Assembly: GCA_965242695.1 (NCBI GenBank) | Contig: CBDESU010000001.1 | Span: 736,001-800,000, forward strand | Length of the DNA: 64,000 bases | Direction of reading: 5' to 3' | Origin: Cenarchaeum sp. | GTDB lineage: Archaea; Thermoproteota; Nitrososphaeria; Nitrososphaerales; Nitrosopumilaceae | Shown: piece by piece, positions 29,163 to 38,814 of the stretch | Layout of the letters: the number at the start of each line of letters is the position of its first letter | How positions within the stretch are numbered: the first letter of the stretch is position 1 | Position numbers and translations under genes: made by a program | Notes under the pieces: generated by a model | What the model was told of the DNA's origin: nothing | Database searches by the model: none | The model's input: the letters and a program-made list of their open reading frames with translations, nothing else

Positions 29163-29919
29163 GGGCCCCCGCCCTCCTGTACGACTCGGATGCATGGGCC
29201 GCCCGGCCCTCTATCCTGACCGCATCGACGGCCATGTCGAGGCCGTGCACCTTGTGAATGTCGCCTAGGCGATTCAGGTATGCGGCGGACCGCGCCGACT
29301 TTTCAAATATTGCCCCTATGCGAAAGTGGGCGGGGATCGGACCGCTGGCAGCCTTTAGCAGGCGCATGAACGTGTCCCTGCCGCCCTTGTACAAGTGCGC
29401 CAGACCGACTGCAAGCTGGGCGGGGATCGCATGCCTGCTCGCCTCGGCTAGCTGGTTGTAGGCATCTGGTAGGGCCCCGTAGTCGGCAACGGTGCGCAGC
29501 TTTGTCTCCGCATAGACGAGCCACTCGCCCCCGCCGGCGTTCCTTTCTAGCGCCACAATGTCTGTATCGTGCATGGGTGCATCGGGCGCGGGGTCGTACC
29601 TGTGCCTCCTGACGGGGACGGCCATGCCGTCGAACTGCTCGAGTATGGCCGCATGCAGAACCTCTCCGAACCTGCCTTTCTGCCGCCTCTGCCCTCTGGG
29701 CTGGCGATCGCCGATCATGGAGGATGCGACAACCCGGCGATCCCATGGGATCGTGCGCAGGATGTCGCTGATCATCCCGCTGTCGGCCGCACTCTCGGCC
29801 AAGAGTGCCGCCATCGCCTCGGCCGCAAGCTCACGATCGCTCCCGGCCTTTTCTAGGTACGCAGCGACCGCAAAGCCGCGGCCCGCGTCCGCGGGTTGTC
29901 GCTCAAGCCGACCCTTCAC
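29155..29919 (-). CDS. HamA (DUF1837)-like PD-(D/E)xK nuclease
   Basis: KGRFGEVLH...DTDIVAL...YAETKLRT; translationally coupled to the helicase as in Hachiman. Start uncertain (ORF open to 30039). Confidence 0.7.
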   Translation of the reverse strand: MKGRLERQPADAGRGFAVAAYLEKAGSDRELAAEAMAALLAESAADSGMISDILRTIPWDRRVVASSMIGDRQPRGQRRQKGRFGEVLHAAILEQFDGMAVPVRRHRYDPAPDAPMHDTDIVALERNAGGGEWLVYAETKLRTVADYGALPDAYNQLAEASRHAIPAQLAVGLAHLYKGGRDTFMRLLKAASGPIPAHFRIGAIFEKSARSAAYLNRLGDIHKVHGLDMAVDAVRIEGRAAHASESYRRAGAHA

Positions 29920-30063
29920 AACATTCGGCAGATATGAAGGGCGTGATATTTTTTGCCCCTGCCCGCCCGTGCAGGTGCGGAGGTGGCGCCGTCCCTGCGC
30001 CTTCCCTTGGCGGGCCCTGTCGAGCCGTGACCCGTCCACGCGTGCGGCCTGTGCCGCCGCGTC

Positions 30064-30117
30064 GTGCCCACCATTTTTGGCGTAAGTTGGAAATTTTTAT
30101 TAAAAAGCGGTGGGCAC
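30064..30117 (+). promoter_or_regulatory. 54-bp palindromic element, copy 2, enclosing the TATA box of the Fic gene
   Basis: GTGCCCACCATTTTT...TTTTATTAAAAAGCGGTGGGCAC; TATA about 25 bp upstream of ATG 30127. Confidence 0.7.
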
Positions 30118-30126
30118 GCTCGCCGC

Positions 30127-31011
30127 ATGGCATCCGTCGTACGCCGCATCAGGGGAGGGCGTGCCTACTACTACCTCAAGCATTCCGCCGCGTCCGCCCG
30201 GCGCGAGATATACCTGGGCAAGGAGGTACCTGCCAACGTAGAGGAGATCAAGGAGCGCCTGGTCCTCGACATGATCCGCGGCCGGTGGGCCGGCGCGCTT
30301 GGTGACATATCGAGGCGCCACACGGAGGAGCGCGGGCGCATGCCGGCAAACGTCCGCCGCGACCTGCTTGATAATTTTGTCGTGTCGTTTACGTACGCAA
30401 CGCAGCGCGTGGAGGGATCGACGATGACGTTCCGGGAGACATCTGACCTTTTGCTGCACGGCTTGCCGCCCCTGTCTAGGCCCGATCACGAGCGGCACGA
30501 GGCGCTGGCCCAGAGGGACATACTGCTAGACATGGCGGAGCGGCGCCGGCCAGAACGGCTGACTCTTGATCTCCTGCTGCGATGGCACCGGTCGATATTT
30601 GTCCACACCGACCATATCAATGCAGGACACCTGCGCAAGTATGCTGTGGTCGTGCGCGGGAGCAAGTTCGAGTTTCCGCTGTGGGAGGATGTCCCCGAAG
30701 AGCTCGACAAGTTCTTTCGGTGGTACCACAAGAACAGGCGCCAAGTCGATGCAGCCGAGCTTGCGGCAATGGCCCACTGCAAGTTCGTCACCATTCACCC
30801 GTTCGGCGACGGGAATGGGCGCATATCGCGGCTGCTGATGAACCGCATCCTCCACGAGGGTGGGTATCCGATGTTTGCGGTCACCATGAAGGATCGCCGA
30901 TCGTACATACGCGCACTGGAAAGATCTCAGATGGGCAAAAGCTGCGCGCCCTTTGTAGCGTGGTTCATGAAGAGGTATGTTGCGGCAAACCGGCGGGGGC
31001 GGGGAACGTGA
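30127..31011 (+). CDS. Fic-family protein
   Basis: Canonical HPFGDGNGRISR; TYATQRVEGST; N-terminal YYYLKHS...EIYLG domain. Confidence 0.92.
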   Translation: MASVVRRIRGGRAYYYLKHSAASARREIYLGKEVPANVEEIKERLVLDMIRGRWAGALGDISRRHTEERGRMPANVRRDLLDNFVVSFTYATQRVEGSTMTFRETSDLLLHGLPPLSRPDHERHEALAQRDILLDMAERRRPERLTLDLLLRWHRSIFVHTDHINAGHLRKYAVVVRGSKFEFPLWEDVPEELDKFFRWYHKNRRQVDAAELAAMAHCKFVTIHPFGDGNGRISRLLMNRILHEGGYPMFAVTMKDRRSYIRALERSQMGKSCAPFVAWFMKRYVAANRRGRGT

Positions 31012-31063
31012 GGCCGGCGCCCTCGCAGCGTACAGTTTTATCGCCCACAATAGGCCGCGCGGC

Positions 31064-31525
31064 ATGCCCCTGATCACCGCCGAGGTGCGCGACTTTGTCG
31101 ACCGCCTCAAGCTCGGGTTCGTGGCGACCGTCTCGCCCGACGGCCGGCCCAACGTCTCGCCGCGCGGGACGATCATGGTGTGGGACGGCGGGCGCGGCGC
31201 ATCCGACGAGCTGGTAGTCGCCGACATACGCTCGCCGGAGACGACGTCGAACGTGCTGGCAAACCCCGAGGTCGAGGTGTGCGTGGTGCACCCGCTGCTC
31301 CGCAGGGGGTACAGGCTCAGGGGCAGGGCCGAGGTGCTGCGCGGCGGCGCCGAGTTCGAGGCGGCCGTGGCCGAGTACAGGAAAAGGGGCGTGAAGAGCC
31401 CGATAGGCGCCGTCCTCAGGGTGCGCCTGTACGAGGCGTCCGAGGTGCGCTCGCCGCTGTACGACCTGGGCATGACGGAGGGGCAGATCAAGGATGCGTG
31501 GAAGGGCGTCTACGCGGGGCTTTGA
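31064..31525 (+). CDS. Pyridoxamine 5'-phosphate oxidase-like FMN-binding protein
   Basis: GFVATVSPDGRPNVSPRG...TTSNVLANPEV...GYRLRGRA. Confidence 0.88.
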   Translation: MPLITAEVRDFVDRLKLGFVATVSPDGRPNVSPRGTIMVWDGGRGASDELVVADIRSPETTSNVLANPEVEVCVVHPLLRRGYRLRGRAEVLRGGAEFEAAVAEYRKRGVKSPIGAVLRVRLYEASEVRSPLYDLGMTEGQIKDAWKGVYAGL

Positions 31526-33228
31526 GCGCCGCCGGCCGCTCCGCCGCCCTTTTCCAGCCTCGCAATCATCTCCCTTGCGGCCGCGTGGGCCGCGCGCTCC
31601 TCCTTGAGCAGGCCCCTGACTACGGCAAGCTCGTTTTCGGTCTCGCGAAGCTTTTGCGAGACCGACGCCACGATGGCACTGGCAGCCTCCACCACGCCGC
31701 CGCCCTTTCCCGACGCGGCCGCAGCGGCGGCCTCTTCGGCCGCTTCCTCCTCGTCGGCCCTTGCCTTGTCCCGCCGGGCCTGCATGGCCGCGGCCTCTTT
31801 TGCCGCGGCGGCCACCTCTGCGCGCAGCTCGTCGCGGCGCGCCTCCAGCCTCGCTATCTCGGCCGATGCGGCCGCCTCCGCCGCCGCCGCGGCGGCCGCC
31901 GCATTGCCGGGCGCAGAGGGCCTGGATGCGGCCGCCTCCGCCGCCGCGGCGGCCGACATGCCGGCCGATGCGCCGGCTGTTCCGGATGCGGCCGCCTCTG
32001 CCGCGGCGGCCACCTCTGCGCGCAGCTCGTCGCGGCGCGCCGTCAGCCGCTCGATCTCGGCCGCCGCGGCCCTTGCGGCCTCGGTAGCCGATGCCTCGGC
32101 CGCGCCGGCCTCTGCCCTGAGCAGGTCCCTCTTGGCGGCCAGCCGGTCGATCTCGGCAGAGGCCGCGCGCGCCTCGGACGTGGCCCTTTCGGCCCCCTCG
32201 GCCTCGGCCCGCACCCTGTCGCGCCGCACCTCGGCCTCCTTTGCCTCAGAGTCCAGGCGCGCCAGGCGGTCGGTAGCCCTGCGCACGTCCTCGTCGGCCT
32301 GATCGCGCCTTGCCGCGAGCAGGTCGAGCGAGTACTGCGCATCGTTGTTGCGCGCGGCCAGGTCTGCCGCGGCGGCCTGCAGGCCTGCGACCTCCTCCTT
32401 TGCCTCCGCCAGGGCCTCGCCGGCCCTGGCCATCTCGTCGATCTCGGACCTTTTGCCGGCGATGTCTGCCTCGGCCCGCTCCAGCCTGTCCCTTGCCGCC
32501 TCCAGCTCTTCTGCCAGGCGCGCCCGCTCGGCCGCGGCCGCCTCGCCCTCGCGCCTTGCCTCGTTGAGCTCCCTCTTTGCGGACATGAGCCTGCCGACGA
32601 CATCGTCGTACTCGGCGCGCACCTTTGCAAGTCTGTCAGTCGACGATGCGAGGGCCTCGCTTGCCCGCTCTATCCTGCCCTCGATCTCGGCAAGCTCGGC
32701 GCGCCGCGCCTCCGCCTGCCCCGCATCGACCGGCGGAGGCGGCATCGGCGGCGGTGCACCCGTGCCGGGCTCGGCAGCGGCATCCCCTGCATCGGGGCCC
32801 CGCGCCGCCTCCTGCCGCGCCTCCTCCGCCGTCTGTTCCATGTCACAATAGAGATAATTGGCGCCCAGGGCGTGCGCCTCCTGCCGCGCCTCCTCCTCCG
32901 CCTGTTCCTCTCCGCCTGCGGGCGGCTCCGCACCCGCGCCGCCCTCTGGGCTAGGCGGCTCCGCACCCGCGCCGCCTTCCTGGCCGGGATCGCATCCGCC
33001 GGCGCCCTCTCCGCCGTCTGCGCCCCGCCCCGTACCGTCTGCTCTTACCTCGCCAGGCCCTGCTTGATCCGGGCCGCCGCCTGCCTCGGTCCCCGACCCT
33101 GTCGGGCAGGGCTCGGCCGGCGCGGCCCCTCCCGTTCCGCCAGCCCCCTCCGGCCCGACGTGGTCGGCATCCTCGATCAGCTCGCCGTGCTCGTTGTACC
33201 TCTTCTTCGACCAGCGCGGCCAGCCCAT
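31510..33228 (-). CDS. Long coiled-coil protein with an acidic/Pro-rich N-terminus
   Basis: Heptad-rich Ala/Glu/Arg sequence with internal AEIxRLxARRDELRAE repeats; C-terminal VVEAASAIVAS...EERAAH. Confidence 0.75.
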   Translation of the reverse strand: MGWPRWSKKRYNEHGELIEDADHVGPEGAGGTGGAAPAEPCPTGSGTEAGGGPDQAGPGEVRADGTGRGADGGEGAGGCDPGQEGGAGAEPPSPEGGAGAEPPAGGEEQAEEEARQEAHALGANYLYCDMEQTAEEARQEAARGPDAGDAAAEPGTGAPPPMPPPPVDAGQAEARRAELAEIEGRIERASEALASSTDRLAKVRAEYDDVVGRLMSAKRELNEARREGEAAAAERARLAEELEAARDRLERAEADIAGKRSEIDEMARAGEALAEAKEEVAGLQAAAADLAARNNDAQYSLDLLAARRDQADEDVRRATDRLARLDSEAKEAEVRRDRVRAEAEGAERATSEARAASAEIDRLAAKRDLLRAEAGAAEASATEAARAAAAEIERLTARRDELRAEVAAAAEAAASGTAGASAGMSAAAAAEAAASRPSAPGNAAAAAAAAEAAASAEIARLEARRDELRAEVAAAAKEAAAMQARRDKARADEEEAAEEAAAAAASGKGGGVVEAASAIVASVSQKLRETENELAVVRGLLKEERAAHAAAREMIARLEKGGGAAGGAQSPA

Positions 33229-33641
33229 GCGCCGCGCAGGCGGCCCGCACTAAAAAAACGTGCGCCGCTGCGGCGCGGGATCCTGCGTGCATATTCGGGC
33301 CTGGCAAGCGACGCGCGCGTCGGCGGCTAGGGCGCGGTTGACGCTAGGGGCCTCGATGCCTGCCGCCGTCCGCCTCCCTGCGGCAGGCGCCGCGGAACGC
33401 GCGGGCCGCCGCCCCGGGCATGTCGACAGGCATGGCCAGAGAGGGGGGCACGCCGCGGCCCCGGATCGAGCCTCCGGCAAGGCATGGCTGGACTCCGAGG
33501 CCGGACTAGCCCCTGCCGGCGGTACCTTGCTGGCACGGGACCGCGGCGCAGGCCGATTGTGGGCCGGGCCCCGCCGTCCCCGGCACATCGTGCCAGGATC
33601 CATGCTCTTGAGCGCTTTTTTTGCACGCTTCGGCGCGACAA

Positions 33642-34364
33642 CTACGCACGTTTGGAATCAAGCTCGGCGCGCAGGCTGTCAAGCGTGTCGTATTCTCCCC
33701 TTGCAAGGCGACGCAAGTCTTCGTCCATTTCTTCGGCATCCGCCTGCGTACAGAGGCCCGGCTCCATGTTGTTGGCCATCCTGGCGATGTACTCGCCTAT
33801 CGTCTCCGTGGGGAGCTTGTCCTCCTCTAGTTCCGCCAGCAGGGGGCAGCCCAGCGACTCCGCCTTGCTCGCCTCCATACCATGCGTTCCGTCGACCGCC
33901 TTTAGTTTGAATTTAATGACCACGCGCGGCTGACCGAGGCGGTTTGTCTCGACACCAAAGCCGTGCGAAACATACACTACGCGGGAGCTGAATGCCAAGT
34001 CACTGCCCTCCTTTGTGAAATGGAGGACCGTATAGCCGTCATCAGCCGAACGGCTCAGGACGAGGTTGTCGCCAGACATTTGCTGGTTTTGGATGCCGTC
34101 GGGATCGGCATTTTGTCCCGTGTATGAAACGGCGGTGCCGCCATCGGCGTTGGCGTGCCCGTGGCTGATGCCGGCTAGGTGCACAAGCACCATGCACTTG
34201 TTCGCCCTGCTGACTCGTATGCCGCCCCTCAGCGGCACGCCGAACCTGGCGCCAAGCTCCTTGTCGCTAAACCTCTCGCCCTCCCGAGGGATTGCTACTG
34301 TCGGAGGCGGCACAGGTTCCGACGCGACATCCGGCGTGCGGACAATTTCCTGATGTGCGCTCAC
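33642..34364 (-). CDS. SRA-like (McrA-type modified-base reader) domain protein without an HNH nuclease
   Basis: ELGARFGVPLRGGIRVS...VSYTGQ...NQQMSGDNLVL...YTVLHF matches the SRA pattern of type IV restriction enzymes; TTTATA upstream of GTG 34364. Confidence 0.55.
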   Translation of the reverse strand: MSAHQEIVRTPDVASEPVPPPTVAIPREGERFSDKELGARFGVPLRGGIRVSRANKCMVLVHLAGISHGHANADGGTAVSYTGQNADPDGIQNQQMSGDNLVLSRSADDGYTVLHFTKEGSDLAFSSRVVYVSHGFGVETNRLGQPRVVIKFKLKAVDGTHGMEASKAESLGCPLLAELEEDKLPTETIGEYIARMANNMEPGLCTQADAEEMDEDLRRLARGEYDTLDSLRAELDSKRA

Positions 34365-34624
34365 ATTGCGCCCCCGCCGAATTGGTGTATAAACTATCCG
34401 ATTGGCGCATGCGAGAAGTGCACCCGCAAAGGGCGCCGGCGCCGCCCGATGCAACTGCATCGTCCATGTGGCCGATTCGGGGCGGCGCCCTGTCTTGCCC
34501 TGCATTGGACATGGCGGCATGTGGCGGCGGCCGGGCATGGGGGCGGAGGAAGGGCCGGTGCGCCCGCCCGATCGCCGATCGGCGAGCCCGAATTGCATAT
34601 AGGGGGGCGCTCGACAGCCGCGGC

Positions 34625-35488
34625 ATGCAGGAGCGGGGGACGGGCGGGTCCGCGGAGGGGGATGCCCACAGCATCACAGTACTCGAGGATCTCCTTGAAG
34701 CCTGCCGTGCGCAGGGCGGGTCCGCGGATGCCGCCGCCCGAGAGGGCAGGACGGATGCCGATGCCGCCGCCCGAGAGGGCAGGACGGATGCCGATGCCGC
34801 CGCCCGAGAGGGCAGGACGGATGCCGATGCCGCCGCCCGAGAGGGCAGGTACGAGTTCCAGGAGGCGTTCGTCACGCTGGTCAATCCAGCCGGCCTGCTC
34901 GACATGGAGTGGTGCGGGGCGGCGGCCGGCAGGATGAGGGATGCCGCGGTGCGGTCGGGATACGGCGCAGGAGCCAAGATGTCGTCGCTTCTGGCCGACG
35001 TCTTTGCGGCCATGGCGGACATCGCCGGCAGGCCCGTCGGGGACGGTGCCCTGGGCCATGCCGAGGCAGCGCACCTGTCGATGATGAGGGTGCTGTGCGG
35101 CGCGGCCCGCGCGTACAGGGATTGGAGGGATGCCGAGCCGATCGCCGATCTGGAGGATGCGAAGAGGGCAATCGAGCGCCAGATATCCATGGCCAACTGG
35201 TGCCGCGATGCGCTGAGTGCCGCCGGCGGGCACCGGGGTCCGATTCCTGTCGTGCCAGGCGGGACGGATGCGGGCCGTACGTGCGGGGATGTCATAAGGG
35301 AGGAGCAGGAAGGGGCTCGGGCTCGGGCTTGGACGCGCGGGTACGATCCGGTGCTTCCACGGCTGCAGGGCGAGGTATACTGGGACGGCGACACCACCGA
35401 CATGTCGGGGACGGAATATCTTGCCATGATGAGGGGCAACATTCCCGATGATTACGAGCTGGTGCGGATCAGGACGGCGGGCGAGTAG
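34625..35488 (+). CDS. Hypothetical protein with an 11-aa tandem repeat
   Basis: Divergent from the SRA gene; ADAAAREGRTD repeated about 4 times. Confidence 0.6.
   Translation: MQERGTGGSAEGDAHSITVLEDLLEACRAQGGSADAAAREGRTDADAAAREGRTDADAAAREGRTDADAAAREGRYEFQEAFVTLVNPAGLLDMEWCGAAAGRMRDAAVRSGYGAGAKMSSLLADVFAAMADIAGRPVGDGALGHAEAAHLSMMRVLCGAARAYRDWRDAEPIADLEDAKRAIERQISMANWCRDALSAAGGHRGPIPVVPGGTDAGRTCGDVIREEQEGARARAWTRGYDPVLPRLQGEVYWDGDTTDMSGTEYLAMMRGNIPDDYELVRIRTAGE
34727..34849 (+). repeat. 33-bp coding tandem repeat, about 3.7 copies
   Basis: GATGCCGCCGCCCGAGAGGGCAGGACGGATGCC units. Confidence 0.88.
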
Positions 35489-35727
35489 CGGCAGAGCAGA
35501 GGACGCGGGTGCGATCGACTCACCGGCGCAGCGCGACGCGGCCGGCGATCGGGCGGGCTTGTCGCGTCCTGCCTGGACGTCGCCGCCCGGGCATCCGGAA
35601 GGGAGGGGACGAATGAGGGAAGGTGCCGAGCCTGCTGGCCGCCCTGCCGCCGCGCCGGACGCCGATGCGGGCATGCGCCGCCCTGCCGCGTGCGCTCCAG
35701 CACTGGCTGCCGCGCACCTTGGCCGCG

Positions 35728-36786
35728 CTAGCCCCGTCCGCCGCCGCCGCTGCCTGGCCGCCCCGTCCCCGCCGGCCCGTCCGTCCCCGCCGGCGAGGCC
35801 GGCGTTTGGCGGGCGAGCCTTGCGGGCGAGATGTCCCGCACGTACCTGCAAACCTCTGCTATGAACAGATCTCCCCTGCTGAGCCGCTCGGCCTCGCCGC
35901 ACGCGGCGGCGGCCTCGTCGAAGCGGCCCAGCGTCGCAAGGGCAATGCTGCGGCAGGCGAAGGCTTCGCCGTTGTCAGGATCGAGCCTCACCATCTCGCC
36001 GCACGCGGCAAGCGCCTCGTCGTGGCGCCCCATGCCCTGGAGGACCAGGCCGCGCATGCTGTAGGCCGCGCCGCTGTCTGGCTTGATCCGCAGCACCTTG
36101 TCGCACGCGGCAAGCGCCTCGCCGTACCGGCCGGCCTCCATGAGTATGTCGCCGCGCAGCTGGTGCACGCCCGGGCTGCCGGGCTCTAGGGCCGCGGCCC
36201 TGTCCAGCGAATCGAGCGCGCTGCCGATGCGGCCGAGCTTGCGGAGCGCATGGGCGCGCAGGTGGTGCGCGACCCGGTCGCCCGGATCCAGGGCCGCGGC
36301 CCTGCCGAACGCCTCGAGCGCCTTCCTGGCCCTGCCAGACTTGAGCAGCACCCTGCCCCTTCCAATGTGGGCATTGGACTGCCTCGGGTCGATCCGGACG
36401 GCCGCATCGAACGCGGCCATCGACTTTTTGAGCATGCCGCACTCTAGCAGCGCATCGCCCCTTCCGATATGTGCGTCGGGAAGCAGGGGATCGAGGCGCG
36501 CCGCCTCGTCGAACGAGGCGAGCGCATCCTCCCGCCTGCCCTCTATGAGCATCTTGTATCCGTAGTCGACGCGGCCGTCGGCCTGGCCACCGCCGCTCGC
36601 CGCCCCCGCCTCTGCCTCCCCCGCCGCCCCGCCGCCGCCGCCGGACTGCGCTCCGAGTCCCTGGGCATCATCGGCCGCCTGCGAGACGAATTCAGACTCG
36701 ACCTCTCCCCTCTTCATGGCGCGCCTCCTTCCCGTGCCGCCCCGCCCGCGCGCCGCCTTCGTTTTGCCTCCCCGCGCGGCTGCCAC
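35728..36786 (-). CDS. Tetratricopeptide-repeat protein
   Basis: About 7 consecutive 34-aa TPR units (AHIGRG..L...G...A...F..A..LDP). Confidence 0.88.
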   Translation of the reverse strand: MAAARGGKTKAARGRGGTGRRRAMKRGEVESEFVSQAADDAQGLGAQSGGGGGAAGEAEAGAASGGGQADGRVDYGYKMLIEGRREDALASFDEAARLDPLLPDAHIGRGDALLECGMLKKSMAAFDAAVRIDPRQSNAHIGRGRVLLKSGRARKALEAFGRAAALDPGDRVAHHLRAHALRKLGRIGSALDSLDRAAALEPGSPGVHQLRGDILMEAGRYGEALAACDKVLRIKPDSGAAYSMRGLVLQGMGRHDEALAACGEMVRLDPDNGEAFACRSIALATLGRFDEAAAACGEAERLSRGDLFIAEVCRYVRDISPARLARQTPASPAGTDGPAGTGRPGSGGGGRG

Positions 36787-36826
36787 GCCGGGCGGCCGGA
36801 TGCGGACGATTTGTGCCGTGCGCCGG

Positions 36827-37057
36827 TCAGCGGGGCCTGTGCGGCCCGCCTCCGTCCTGCCGCGCCTCGTCCCTCTTGGCGGTGCGGTACCTGATCACAA
36901 ACCCCAGCCCGCCGATCACAAATCCAGCCACTATGGCGGCCGCGCCCAGCCCCGGCATCTCGGTCAGGTACAGGGGCCCCACGATGAACAAAAAGCACCC
37001 GACCAGGACGAGGAACATGCCGGATCCGATCCGCCGGTTGTGCGCATCGTGGACCAT
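36827..37057 (-). CDS. Small two-TM membrane protein
   Basis: Two hydrophobic helices; the ATG overlaps the lysS stop. Confidence 0.7.
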   Translation of the reverse strand: MVHDAHNRRIGSGMFLVLVGCFLFIVGPLYLTEMPGLGAAAIVAGFVIGGLGFVIRYRTAKRDEARQDGGGPHRPR

Positions 37058-38814
37058 CAGGCCGCCCCCTCCCTGATGATCCCGCACACCCTAGCCGGCC
37101 CCATCTCGGCTATCAGCGGGCCTAGGCGCGGGCCGCGCGGCGAGCCGACGAGCATGCCGTACAGGGCCTTGAACATGTCGCGCGGCCGGGCGCCGCGCGC
37201 CCTCGCGCATGCAAACACCTCTCCCTGTATGCGGTCCGCCATGCCGTCCCCGCCCGCGCCGCCCTTCTCGCCCGCGATGCGCTCTAGCGCATCGGCAAGG
37301 TCGGACAGGGCCGCGCGCACGGCCGCATCCCTCGCGCCTGCGGCGCCCCCTGCCTTTTCTCCGCCTTCCGCGGCGGCCGCCCCTTCTTTCTTCGCGGGAG
37401 CCTGCTCGTCGGCGTACCGGGCGGCCATCCCGACCATGTCGGCGAGGCTCGACGATCCCCACGCGTCGCCCCGTTCGTACCCGTGCCCGCCGGCGAGCCT
37501 CCCGACTACCATCTCCTCGCGGCCCTCGACGGTCCCGAACGTGCGGCACATCTCGACGAGCAGGCCGTACCGCGGCGGCGGCCTCGGCGGCCACCGCTCC
37601 ATCCCGGGCGGATCCAGCAGGTGCACGTACTCGAACAGCCCCCTCTCCTTGGAGCGCCTTCCGGGACCCTCTTGCGCGCCGGCCTCTGTGTCCCCGCCGC
37701 CGTAGTACGCCGCCGCAAGGTCGGCGTACTCGTCCATGAGGGCCGGCACGTCCTCGAGTCCGAGCTCGCGCGCGCCGGCGATCCTCTTGTACATGAGCAG
37801 CAGGATTGACTCTGGCGAGGCGTACCGCAGCCACCTCTGCGCAGTCAGGACGTTGCCCGACGACTTTGAGATCTTTCTGCCGCCCTTGTCCAGGAACATC
37901 TCGTACCTCGCGTGGTGCGGCGGCGGCGTGCCGAGCACCTCTTTGCACACCCAGTCGTTGACGCGCACAGAGTCCATGATATCCTTGCCGTACGCCTCGA
38001 ACCTCACGTCGAACGCCTGCCAGCGCGCGGCAAACTCCACCTTCCATGCCAGCTTGCCGAGGTCGCTCCCCACGCGCGACTCGCCGGCGTGCCCGCAGCC
38101 GGCCACGAACGAGCCGCCGATGTCGGCCCCCGCGCACTCGTACGAGACGCTTTCCGTACGCGGGTCGTACGAGACGGCGCGCGCCGTGTACAGCCTCTGG
38201 CACGCACCGCACACGGGAAAGTACGGCAGCGCGCCGCGGAACTTTGACTGCCCGACCATCTCCTCTATCCGCTCGCCGATGCGCCCGGCCTCAGACAGTA
38301 TCCTGTTCGTCTGGGCGCGGAATGCGCCGCCGGCGTACGAGTCGCGCGCCCTCCTGAACACGTACTCGATGCCGAGCGCGTCGAGCCCCTCTAGGAGCAG
38401 CGAGCTCATGCGCTCGCCGTACGAGGCATAGCTCCCGTCGGGGTCTGGCACGAGCGAGACGGGCTTTGCGATGTGCTCGGCAAGCGAGGCGGGCATCCCG
38501 TCGGGCACCTTGCGCAGGCCGTCGAGGTCGTCCGAGTATGCGATCAGCTCGGATCGGCGGCCCGTGGCCTCTACTGCGAGCTTTACGCCGTACGCACGCA
38601 CCGCATCGCCGAGGCTGCCGAGGTGGGGTATCCCCGACGCGCCGAGCCCGCTCTCGACCCTGATCATATCCGTGTCGCGGCCAAGCCGCTCCTCGCGGCG
38701 CAACAGGTCGTCGGCGAGCTTGTCGATCCAGGTGCCCCTCCCGATTATCCGGCCGTGGGCGGCTTCCGCGGGGGGCGCGCCGCCGCCCGCGTCCGCCGCT
38801 GCCGCAGCCGCCAC
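37057..38814 (-). CDS. lysS: Lysine--tRNA ligase, class I
   Basis: ASGIPHLGS (HIGH-like), DDLDGLRKVP, GKLAWKVEF, FEAYGKD, KISKSSGN and GPRLG. The ORF-track entry is extended upstream artefactually. Confidence 0.95.
   Translation of the reverse strand: MAAAAAADAGGGAPPAEAAHGRIIGRGTWIDKLADDLLRREERLGRDTDMIRVESGLGASGIPHLGSLGDAVRAYGVKLAVEATGRRSELIAYSDDLDGLRKVPDGMPASLAEHIAKPVSLVPDPDGSYASYGERMSSLLLEGLDALGIEYVFRRARDSYAGGAFRAQTNRILSEAGRIGERIEEMVGQSKFRGALPYFPVCGACQRLYTARAVSYDPRTESVSYECAGADIGGSFVAGCGHAGESRVGSDLGKLAWKVEFAARWQAFDVRFEAYGKDIMDSVRVNDWVCKEVLGTPPPHHARYEMFLDKGGRKISKSSGNVLTAQRWLRYASPESILLLMYKRIAGARELGLEDVPALMDEYADLAAAYYGGGDTEAGAQEGPGRRSKERGLFEYVHLLDPPGMERWPPRPPPRYGLLVEMCRTFGTVEGREEMVVGRLAGGHGYERGDAWGSSSLADMVGMAARYADEQAPAKKEGAAAAEGGEKAGGAAGARDAAVRAALSDLADALERIAGEKGGAGGDGMADRIQGEVFACARARGARPRDMFKALYGMLVGSPRGPRLGPLIAEMGPARVCGIIREGAA

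Noticed and set aside
24562-31011. tRNA-targeted integrative element
   Set aside because: No integrase and no duplicated tRNA 3' end were found by eye.
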